The translations under genes were made by a program, and so were the position numbers. Shown in pieces: positions 18,516-26,145 of a DNA stretch of 41,862 nt (within the stretch, counting starts at the first letter, position 1; every line of letters begins with the position of its first letter). The DNA is taken from IMG/VR virus record IMGVR_UViG_3300031910_000021, positions 1-41,862 of that record; one strand, given 5' to 3'. The stretch is from a virus. Taxonomy: Duplodnaviria; Caudoviricetes. Under the pieces are notes generated by a model. The model saw only the letters and a list, made by a program, of their open reading frames with translations, was not told where the DNA came from and did no database searches.

Positions 18516-19042
18516 CCAGGCGCACCCCGCTCTGGGTCCGCGGTCGACTGGACCCTGACTTCGACATCGACCCCAGGCGAGGCTGCCTGACCCCTACCGG
18601 TCGTGTCAACGAGTTGTACTTCGACACCAGCATCGAGGCCCTGGCTGCCTGCCAGGCCATCTGCGTCCGCTGCCCGGTGTTCAGAGACTGCACCCGCTGG
18701 ACCCTGGCGAACTACCAGGACTTCCCCTATGGGATTTTCGCCGGCATGACCGAAGAGGTCAGACGGCGCATCCATGAAGGGAAGGAGGTGTACTACGACT
18801 GGCGGCAGGAGTGGACCCGCCGGCACCTCCAGGAGCGCATCGCAACCCGCAAGCTACGGGAGCAATACCAGGCCGGCGAGCGCAAACGAGCCGCGGCCAA
18901 AGCTGAGATGCCACCCTGCCCCCTCTGTGGGCAACGAGATAGTGTCTCCCGCAACGGACGCCAGGTGAACCTCGTGCTCCCTGACCGTCAACGCTACCAC
19001 TGCCGTACCTGTAACCGGAACTTCCTGGGAGAGGAACTATGA
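18512..19042 (+). CDS. whiB: WhiB-family regulator with C-terminal zinc ribbon
   Basis: C...C-VRC-PVFRDC...YGIFAGMT; C-terminal CPLCG..SRNG..QRYHCRTC (InsA-like ribbon). Confidence 0.85.
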   Translation: MTRRTPLWVRGRLDPDFDIDPRRGCLTPTGRVNELYFDTSIEALAACQAICVRCPVFRDCTRWTLANYQDFPYGIFAGMTEEVRRRIHEGKEVYYDWRQEWTRRHLQERIATRKLREQYQAGERKRAAAKAEMPPCPLCGQRDSVSRNGRQVNLVLPDRQRYHCRTCNRNFLGEEL

Positions 19043-19638
19043 ACGACGTATTCCCGCACTATCGCAGCAAGACCCTGGAGCAGTTTGAGGCCAGTACACC
19101 AATCCTGAAGGAGGCAGTGAATACTGTCGAGGGCTATATCGGCAGGATCGCCCTGGCGAGAGCCATTGGCAAGGGCATCACCTTCATGGGCCAGAACGGG
19201 ACCGGTAAGACCCACCTGGCGTGCTGTGTACTAACCGCGGCCAGGGACACTGAGCACAAGATCGAGTGCATTGAACTAGCCACCTACATCGACCTGTACC
19301 TGGAGATGTTCCGCGTCCAGGATGCGGACCGGATCGAGTACATCAACGATCAGCTTCGCTACATCAAGCGGTGTCACTTCCTGCTCCTGGATGATTTGGG
19401 CCGCGAACATAGGTCAGGGTCAGGTTGGTCAGGCGAGCGCGTCTTCGACCTGATGCGCTACCGCTATAACCGCGGCACACCCACTCTGATCACCACCAAT
19501 CTGACGCTTGATGAACTGGATGAACGCTACGGCGAAGGGATGTCCAGCCATCTCCAGGGATCCAGCATCGTCGTGCTCGTGGATGGCGAGGACTACAGGG
19601 TGAGGAACGCCGATGCGTCGTGGTCAGATCGGGACTGA
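19039..19638 (+). CDS. DnaC/IstB-like helicase loader ATPase
   Basis: GQNGTGKTHLA, LLLDDLGRE, RY...TLITTNL. Confidence 0.9.
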   Translation: MNDVFPHYRSKTLEQFEASTPILKEAVNTVEGYIGRIALARAIGKGITFMGQNGTGKTHLACCVLTAARDTEHKIECIELATYIDLYLEMFRVQDADRIEYINDQLRYIKRCHFLLLDDLGREHRSGSGWSGERVFDLMRYRYNRGTPTLITTNLTLDELDERYGEGMSSHLQGSSIVVLVDGEDYRVRNADASWSDRD

Positions 19639-20062
19639 CGCAGAGGGCCGAGTCTTCTTCGTCTGGGAGGGCCTGGTGGCGGTCCTCCCAGACCACCGAC
19701 TGGTCAGGGGCCTGGAGCGACTGGCAACCACTACCGGCCAGTTCCGACGAGCCGTCGACTACTGGAAGGTGCAAGACCGGGCGCTGGCCCTGATGTGGTC
19801 ACTCAACCAACGCACCCCCTGGCGCATCGACCTCGTGGTCACCACCCGCGGTCCCGCCTTCACCAAGGCCCTGTCGGAGAAGGTCACCCAGGAGAACTGG
19901 CCGGTGCGCTACGTCACCTACGACACCCCTCAGAGCCTGGGGAGGGCGCTGAGCTACATGCCCGATGTCCAACGCGTGTACTACGGCCTGGAGGAACAGC
20001 GGTTCGCCTACGGGCCTCACGGGTTCTTCTGCGGGCCTGACACTCCTCTTACAGTGTCCTGA
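19613..20062 (+). CDS. Hypothetical protein (degenerate HAD-like)
   Basis: 149 aa, coupled between the loader and DnaB. Confidence 0.55.
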   Translation: MRRGQIGTDAEGRVFFVWEGLVAVLPDHRLVRGLERLATTTGQFRRAVDYWKVQDRALALMWSLNQRTPWRIDLVVTTRGPAFTKALSEKVTQENWPVRYVTYDTPQSLGRALSYMPDVQRVYYGLEEQRFAYGPHGFFCGPDTPLTVS

Positions 20063-21324
20063 TGCCTGACATCGAGTGGCAGGCTATATGCCGCACCATC
20101 CAGGACCGTAACTTTGATGCCCTGGCTCACGCCGGCATCACTACCACCTTCTTCTTGGACCCCGAGAACGCCGCCGTCTTCGACTGGATGCGGGAGCACT
20201 GGAACCGCTACGGCTCATCCCCCAGTGAGGACGCCTTCCAGCACGAGTACGGCAACACCCTGATCGAGACCCCTGAGCCGCTGGCTTACTACATCGATCA
20301 GCTACGCGACCAGCGCCGTTATGCCCTGCTCAGTGACATACTCGATAGCGTCAACGAGCCGTACAAGAACCAAGAGACCGACATCGCGGTAAAGCTCCTG
20401 GCGTCGGGCCTGGAGGGCCTCCACCAGGAGGTCACCGAGCTACTGGATCAAGACGCCATTGACACCATGGAGGAGCAGATGGCGATGTTCCGCTCTCTGG
20501 CAGCCAACCCCGGCATCGCCGGCTGGCCCACCGGGTTCCCGTCCATGGACCGGGCCACCTGGGGCCTCCAGGCGGGTCAACTAGTGACCCTGGTGGGCCT
20601 CCAGAAGGTGAAGAAGTCCATGCTGCTCATGATGATGAACATCGCCTCCCACACCGCAGGGGCCAAGACCATGTTCATCAGCTTTGAGATGACCAACCAG
20701 GAGCAGATCACCCGGTACAACGCCCTCCGCGCCGGCATCAGCCTGACCCACCTCCAGCACCCGAGTGCCATGGAGGACTGGGAGTGGAAGAAGCTGAGCC
20801 GGATGATGCACGGCGTGGAGGGCATGCAGCCCATGATCTTCGTGCATGACCCAGGCCGCACCACCACCGTGTCGGCCATCGCCGCCAGGATCGCGGTACA
20901 CCAGCCCCAGGTCGTGTTCATCGATGGCACCTACATGATGGAGAGCGAGCAGGACGTGCCCCAGGGCAGCCCCCAGGCCCTCACCTCGATCACCCGCTCT
21001 CTCAAGCAACTGGCAGATCGGGCTGAGATCCCCATCGTGCAAACCACGCAAGCCTTGTCCTGGAAAGCAAAACGTGGCGTGCTGTCCCTCGACTCCATAG
21101 GATATTCCTCCAGCTTCGCCCAGGACAGCGATGTTATTTTTGGAGTGGAGGAGGTGAAAGAGGAGGGGGAGGCCAAGCCCAACGACCTGAAGCTACGGAT
21201 CATCGCCTCCAGGAACTGCCCCATCCACGATGTCATGCTCCTGGTGGATCTTGACCACGGCTCCATCATGGAGACCGAAGAGATCGAGTACAAAGACGAC
21301 GACGACATGACCAGCCGTGATTGA
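20062..21324 (+). CDS. dnaB: Replicative DNA helicase DnaB-like
   Basis: PTGFPSMD...GQLVTL, ISFEM, VFIDG, ITRSLKQLA, SSSFAQDSD. Confidence 0.92.
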   Translation: MPDIEWQAICRTIQDRNFDALAHAGITTTFFLDPENAAVFDWMREHWNRYGSSPSEDAFQHEYGNTLIETPEPLAYYIDQLRDQRRYALLSDILDSVNEPYKNQETDIAVKLLASGLEGLHQEVTELLDQDAIDTMEEQMAMFRSLAANPGIAGWPTGFPSMDRATWGLQAGQLVTLVGLQKVKKSMLLMMMNIASHTAGAKTMFISFEMTNQEQITRYNALRAGISLTHLQHPSAMEDWEWKKLSRMMHGVEGMQPMIFVHDPGRTTTVSAIAARIAVHQPQVVFIDGTYMMESEQDVPQGSPQALTSITRSLKQLADRAEIPIVQTTQALSWKAKRGVLSLDSIGYSSSFAQDSDVIFGVEEVKEEGEAKPNDLKLRIIASRNCPIHDVMLLVDLDHGSIMETEEIEYKDDDDMTSRD

Positions 21325-22192
21325 GGATCTGCTGGAGCACATCGGGATCGAGGACATCCGGTCCCTGGGCGTCGAGGTGCAGGCGCGCTGCCCCATGCAC
21401 GAGAAGAGGACGGGGGAGCGAGAGCGCCGGCCAGACCATTGGTCGATCAACCGGCACTCAGGGGCCATGCACTGCTTCTCTTGCGAGTACTCAGGCTCCC
21501 TGACCAGGCTCATCATCGACGTAGCCGGCGTGAGCCTGTGGGACGCCAGGAAGATGATCCGCCAGTTCGATGTTGATCTCTCCGATGATGAGGCCCCCTG
21601 GGAGCCACCCATCGGCATGGCGGTGGAGAGTCGGCTGGAGGAGTTCGGGCCACCCCCGCCCCGTGCCCTGGCCCGCCGGCACCTGACCCCCCAGGTCTGC
21701 GACCGATTCCAGCTTCGGTGGGACTACGAGGAGGCTGCCTGGGTTATCCCCATCTTCTCCCCAGGTGGTGAGAAGTGGGGCTGGCAGACCAAAGGGGTCG
21801 ACATCCGCAACCATCCCCCTGGCATCAAGAAGGGCCGCACCTTGTTCGGCCTTGACGTGCTCGTCTGGAACCGGCCCCTCCTGGTGGAGAGTCCATTGGA
21901 CGTGGCTTACTTGGACACCCTGGGCATCCCCGCCGTGGCTGCCTTCGGCTGCCAGGTGTCCGACATGCAGATGAAGCTCCTGGTGGAACGGTGTGACCGC
22001 CTGACCCTGGCCCTGGACGACGACCGCGCCGGGCGGGCCGAGATGCGCCGGCTCCTCAAGGAGAAGTGGCACCATCGCATCCCCATGACCGTGTTCAACT
22101 ACCAGGGCCTGAGTGGCAAGGATCCCGGCGAGCTATCACCGGCCGAGGTCCGCAAGGGCCTGGAGTACGCGGTGCCGGCGGTGTTCTGGTGA
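21317..22192 (+). CDS. dnaG: DNA primase (zinc finger plus TOPRIM)
   Basis: CPMH...CFSC; LVESPLD; LALDDDRAG; KDPGE. Confidence 0.9.
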   Translation: MIEDLLEHIGIEDIRSLGVEVQARCPMHEKRTGERERRPDHWSINRHSGAMHCFSCEYSGSLTRLIIDVAGVSLWDARKMIRQFDVDLSDDEAPWEPPIGMAVESRLEEFGPPPPRALARRHLTPQVCDRFQLRWDYEEAAWVIPIFSPGGEKWGWQTKGVDIRNHPPGIKKGRTLFGLDVLVWNRPLLVESPLDVAYLDTLGIPAVAAFGCQVSDMQMKLLVERCDRLTLALDDDRAGRAEMRRLLKEKWHHRIPMTVFNYQGLSGKDPGELSPAEVRKGLEYAVPAVFW

Positions 22193-22369
22193 GGATCACT
22201 TGTGTGGACGCCCACCTGGAGGACGGCACCATCCGCCACTTCACTATGGAGGAGTTGTTCCTGTATCTGCGTGAGCAGGCGCAGGTAGAACGCCAGAAGG
22301 TAGTGGACCGGATAGAGGAACTGAAGGGCGATGTTTAAAGGCACCCTCATCCCGGCGGTGTTCTGGTGA
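22175..22369 (+). repeat. 18-bp direct repeat CCGGCGGTGTTCTGGTGA (22175-22192 and 22352-22369)
   Basis: Exact copy of the primase 3' end flanking a small ORF. Confidence 0.85.
22189..22338 (+). CDS. Small hypothetical protein
   Basis: GTGA overlap with the primase stop; 49 aa. Confidence 0.5.
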   Translation: MRITCVDAHLEDGTIRHFTMEELFLYLREQAQVERQKVVDRIEELKGDV

Positions 22370-22527
22370 CCTTTGATCGTGACCTGGCTGCCTTTCAGAA
22401 ATGGCTCGCCAGACAAGTTCGGGAGGCCGAGAAGCACCAGGGACATGTCAGCGATGAATATCAGCAGGGTTGGCTCGACGCCATGAATGACGTGCTGGCG
22501 GTGCTGGTAGAGGAGTTCGGGGCATGA
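22366..22527 (+). CDS. Small hypothetical protein
   Basis: MTFDRDLAAFQKWL...; ATGA overlap with the SNF2 gene. Confidence 0.5.
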   Translation: MTFDRDLAAFQKWLARQVREAEKHQGHVSDEYQQGWLDAMNDVLAVLVEEFGA

Positions 22528-24098
22528 CCTTCAAGGGGTCGTTGTACCCCTTCCAGGAAGAAGCGGTCGACGCCATGATCGACATGCAACACCTCCTGGT
22601 GGCCTACGAGATGGGCCTGGGCAAGACAGTTATCACTATCGCCGCGGTAGAAAAGCTGATCGAGGACGGCCAGGTGGGCGGGGGGCTGATCATCTGCCCT
22701 GCCTCCATCAAGTTGCAGTGGAAAAGGTTGATCGAGGACTTCGCCCCCGACGCCAACGTGATCGTGGTCAACGGCACAGCCCCTCAGCGCGAGGCCCAGT
22801 ACCAGCGGTACAAGCGCGGCGAGGGTGAGTACTGCATCATCAACCCCGAGCAGATGGTCAACGACTGGGAGATAGTCTCCCGGCTGCCTAGGGACTTCAT
22901 CGTGGCCGACGAGGCGACGTGGTTCAAGAACTTCAAGCCGCAGCGGTCCAAGAAGATCAAGCGGCTCAAGGCCACCTACCAATGGGCCTTGACGGGCCAG
23001 CCAGTGGAGAACCGGGCCGAAGAGGTCTACTCGATCATGTCCTGGATCAACCCCACCGTCCTGGGCAACTTCAAGACCTTCGACGCCGCCTTCATCAAGC
23101 GTGATCCCTGGGGCCGGGTCAGGGTCTATCGGAACCTGCCCACCCTGCACCGGCTCCTGTCCGAGCACATGGTCAGGCGCACCAGGAGCGAGGTAGCCGA
23201 CCAGCTACCCGCGGTAGTGGCACCGGCACCCATCCTGGTGGAAGCAGACCAGGGCACCAGGATGCTGTACCGGCGCATGGTGCATGACCTGGAGGCCGAA
23301 CTGGCTGAGGCCATGAACACCTGGGGGAACTTCAGCCTGAGTGGCTTCTACCGCGGTGAAGAGCAGGGCGAGGCCCGCGGTCGGATCATGTCGAAGATTA
23401 CCTGCATGAGGATGTTGGTTGACCACCCCGAGCTACTGCGGCTCTCCGCGGCGCACTACCGCGGGGTACTACCTGGCAACCGCATGGGCAGCGAGTACGC
23501 CCAGGAGCTACACGCCGCCGGCAGGCTGGAGGGCCTCAAGAAGGCTCCCAAGCTGGATGCCTTGGTGGGGACAGAGGACAAGCCAGGGCTGATCCGAGAG
23601 ATCCTGGAAGCCCACCCCGAGAACAAGATCGTTTTTTTCAGCTTCTTTAAGGACATGCTCGACATCGTGGCCGAGCGCACCAGGAGCCTGACCAAGTCGG
23701 TGCTCTTCACCGGGGCCGTGTCGATCACCAACCGGGACAAGGCCAAGCAGACCTTCGCCACCGATCCTGACACCCGACTCTTCCTCTCCTCCGATGCTGG
23801 CGGGATCGGATTGGATCTTCCTGTAGCAAACTACCTCATATCGTATGATTTGCCCTGGAGCAGCGGAGCGTTCGCCCAACGCCAGAGCAGGATCATCCGC
23901 CTGAGCAGCAAGTTTCCCCAGGTCACCCTGCTGACCATCCAGGTCGCCGGGAGCATCGAGGAGTACCAACACGCCTTGTTGGCCCAGAAGAAAAAGGTGG
24001 CGGAAGCAGTGGTCGACGGCAAGGGGATTAATACCCGAGGAAATCTGACGCTGGATCTCAGAAGCCTGACCGATTTTTTGGGGACCAGTCAGATATAG
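22524..24098 (+). CDS. SNF2-family helicase
   Basis: YPFQ, EMGLGKT, IVADEA, LTGQPVEN, SSDAGGIGLDL, YDLPW, QRQSRIIR. Confidence 0.93.
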   Translation: MTFKGSLYPFQEEAVDAMIDMQHLLVAYEMGLGKTVITIAAVEKLIEDGQVGGGLIICPASIKLQWKRLIEDFAPDANVIVVNGTAPQREAQYQRYKRGEGEYCIINPEQMVNDWEIVSRLPRDFIVADEATWFKNFKPQRSKKIKRLKATYQWALTGQPVENRAEEVYSIMSWINPTVLGNFKTFDAAFIKRDPWGRVRVYRNLPTLHRLLSEHMVRRTRSEVADQLPAVVAPAPILVEADQGTRMLYRRMVHDLEAELAEAMNTWGNFSLSGFYRGEEQGEARGRIMSKITCMRMLVDHPELLRLSAAHYRGVLPGNRMGSEYAQELHAAGRLEGLKKAPKLDALVGTEDKPGLIREILEAHPENKIVFFSFFKDMLDIVAERTRSLTKSVLFTGAVSITNRDKAKQTFATDPDTRLFLSSDAGGIGLDLPVANYLISYDLPWSSGAFAQRQSRIIRLSSKFPQVTLLTIQVAGSIEEYQHALLAQKKKVAEAVVDGKGINTRGNLTLDLRSLTDFLGTSQI

Positions 24099-24108
24099 TT
24101 GGCTCCTA

Positions 24109-24130
24109 CCTGCTCTACTCTTAGAGCAGG
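24109..24130. terminator. Hairpin bordering array 1
   Basis: CCTGCTCTA-ctct-TAGAGCAGG, 9-bp stem. Confidence 0.6.
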
Positions 24131-24583
24131 GATCCGAATCGACAAGCCAGTCCAGTCCAGATCCATACCGACGACCCCTGCCCCGTCTGGTCATCTCGCG
24201 TCGGGCCGCCCCTACCCGCCTCCAGCCGACATGCCTACCCGCACCATGCCCGATCTAGCCACGCCGACAAACCCTCCCAAGTCACGCCGTATCCCATCCC
24301 TCCGAGCCGACATACCCGACCTTGTCCTTCCGGCTCACACCGACATGCCTAACCGGACCATGCCGAGCCGAGCCATCCCGACTCGTCAGCCCAGGCCATG
24401 TTTCATCCCAGATCAGTCCGCGCCAGATCGACGTTCCATGCCGCACCCGATATCAAGCTTGACCCACCCGACTTGCCAACTCTCGATCCAGCCACCTCCA
24501 TTCTGACCGACACGCCCTGCTGCACCCTACCCATCCAAGCCGACTAGCCCCGCCTAAGCCTAGCCGTCCCATGCCGACGAACC
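24131..24583. ncRNA. Pentamer-periodic putative guide array 1: 11 units of (NN-RCC)n-GAC
   Basis: Example unit: gaccc ctgcc ccgtc tggtc atctc gcgtc gggcc gcccc taccc gcctc cagcc GAC. The minus strand reads GTC(GGY-NN)n. Transcribed strand unknown. Confidence 0.75.
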
Positions 24584-24596
24584 AAAGGAGAAAATA

Positions 24597-25325
24597 ATGC
24601 CGAGAACACCAGCAGAACCCGTCGAGGAAATCCCCGTCGCCCGCCTCAAGGAAGACCTTTCCCTCTATCCCCGTCGCAGGATCGACACCACTAACATCTC
24701 CACCCTGGTGGAGGCATATGAAGCCTTCAATGCCGGCGAGGGGGACGAACCTCCCCCAATCATCGTCACCCGCGGCAAAGTCATTGTCGACGGCGTCCAC
24801 CGGGCCAGGGCCAAGCGGAAGGTCTACGGGGATGACGCCACCATCTCCTGCATCGTGCGTCACTACCGGACCAAGGCCGAGATGTTCTACGACGCCTGCA
24901 TGCTCAACAGCGGGAGGGGTCACGACCTGTCGCGATGGGATCAGCTTCATTGTGTCGAACTAGCACGGGAACTCAAGCTGCCCATCGAGCGGCTCGCCAA
25001 GGCCCTGGGCTGGACTTCTGAGCGGCTCCTGTCCTTCAGCGAGAGGCGGGCCACCCAGACCCTGAGCGGCAAAAAGACGCACCTCAAGTCTTCTCTCCTG
25101 TCCCAGAAGAACGGCCCCATAAGCGAAGAGGTGGAAGCGATCAACGAGACACCTGGCGGTGTCGACGGCATGTCACCGGCCTACCACGCCCGCATGCTGC
25201 TGATGCACCTCCAGGCCGACAGTATCCCCTACGAGGCCAACCTGGCTCACAGGTTGGCTGACCTGGCAGCCGCCATCGAAGAGTGGCTGTCCAACTATGG
25301 GGCCGAAGAAGAAGAAGCCCAATAG
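24597..25325 (+). CDS. ParB/Srx N-terminal domain protein
   Basis: AAGGAG RBS; LYPRR...PPIIVT...IVDGVHRARA...LNSGRGHDLS. Confidence 0.8.
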   Translation: MPRTPAEPVEEIPVARLKEDLSLYPRRRIDTTNISTLVEAYEAFNAGEGDEPPPIIVTRGKVIVDGVHRARAKRKVYGDDATISCIVRHYRTKAEMFYDACMLNSGRGHDLSRWDQLHCVELARELKLPIERLAKALGWTSERLLSFSERRATQTLSGKKTHLKSSLLSQKNGPISEEVEAINETPGGVDGMSPAYHARMLLMHLQADSIPYEANLAHRLADLAAAIEEWLSNYGAEEEEAQ

Positions 25326-25337
25326 AAAGGAATCACC

Positions 25338-26117
25338 ATGTCCGCATCCGATATTTTCAAGTTCCAGTCCCGGTGGACGACCTACACCGGATCCCTCCAC
25401 ATCAACACCCTGGTCGGTGGCATCCCCAAGGACGGGGCCACCATCCACGCCTTCGTCAAGGCCCGCATCACCGACAACGCCTCCGAGATGAGCCGCATTG
25501 CCGAAGAGACCATGGTCGAAATGGGTCTTGACCCTGTTCTCGACAAGGATGAACTGAGCGCCGCCCAGGTCGATGAGATCGTGGACAAGGTGTCCAAGAA
25601 GGCCGTGGCCGGCAACGGCTTCAAGCAGATCAACGGTGAACTGGTCTGGGAGGGTCGCTGTCTCAAGGCTGCCCTGAACGAGGCGTGCAATGCCCTCTAC
25701 CCAGGCGTGGAATCCTTCCCCGGCAAGCCCGACAAAACCAAGAAGGGCCTCAAGAGCTACTTCATAGAGCGGGTGGAAGTCGTTGACTACTACATCCCCC
25801 TGGGCCGCACCGAGCCTGACATCAAGGGCGAGGAGCGCATCAAGCACATCAGCGGCCCCCAAGGCAAGCGCAGCGCCATCAACCTCGTGGACGTATGCAC
25901 TGACCTGGACATCACCTTCACCATCAAGGTGCTGAACGACTGGGTGCCACAGGAGTTGTGGCAGGAGCTTTTTGAGTACGTCGAGTTGGGTGGCGTATGG
26001 GCTGACCGCGCCCGCGGTGACGGGCGTTGCGAGCTAACCTCCTGGGAAAAATCGACCGACTCCAGGAGCGTCACCCGCTCCAACGGCAAGCGCCGGCTTG
26101 CCACCACCGCGTCATAG
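25338..26117 (+). CDS. Stand-alone Cas7/RAMP-like protein
   Basis: N-terminal strand TYTGSLHINTLVGGIP; ELVWEGRCLKAAL (cf. RAMP p.ipgssLKGal); LDITFTIKV; C-terminal G-rich loop GGVWADRARGDGRCEL (cf. GlGa.Rs.G.Grf). Confidence 0.75.
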   Translation: MSASDIFKFQSRWTTYTGSLHINTLVGGIPKDGATIHAFVKARITDNASEMSRIAEETMVEMGLDPVLDKDELSAAQVDEIVDKVSKKAVAGNGFKQINGELVWEGRCLKAALNEACNALYPGVESFPGKPDKTKKGLKSYFIERVEVVDYYIPLGRTEPDIKGEERIKHISGPQGKRSAINLVDVCTDLDITFTIKVLNDWVPQELWQELFEYVELGGVWADRARGDGRCELTSWEKSTDSRSVTRSNGKRRLATTAS

Positions 26118-26121
26118 CAGG

Positions 26122-26145
26122 GAGGGGCGGCTTAGACCGCCCCTC
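26122..26145. terminator. Hairpin bordering array 2
   Basis: GAGGGGCGG-cttaga-CCGCCCCTC, 9-bp stem. Confidence 0.6.

Noticed and set aside
24099-24506. Pro/Arg-rich 135-aa ORF (and antisense ORFs) over array 1
   Set aside because: Low-complexity product of the pentamer repeat; no RBS; the periodicity is 5, not 3.
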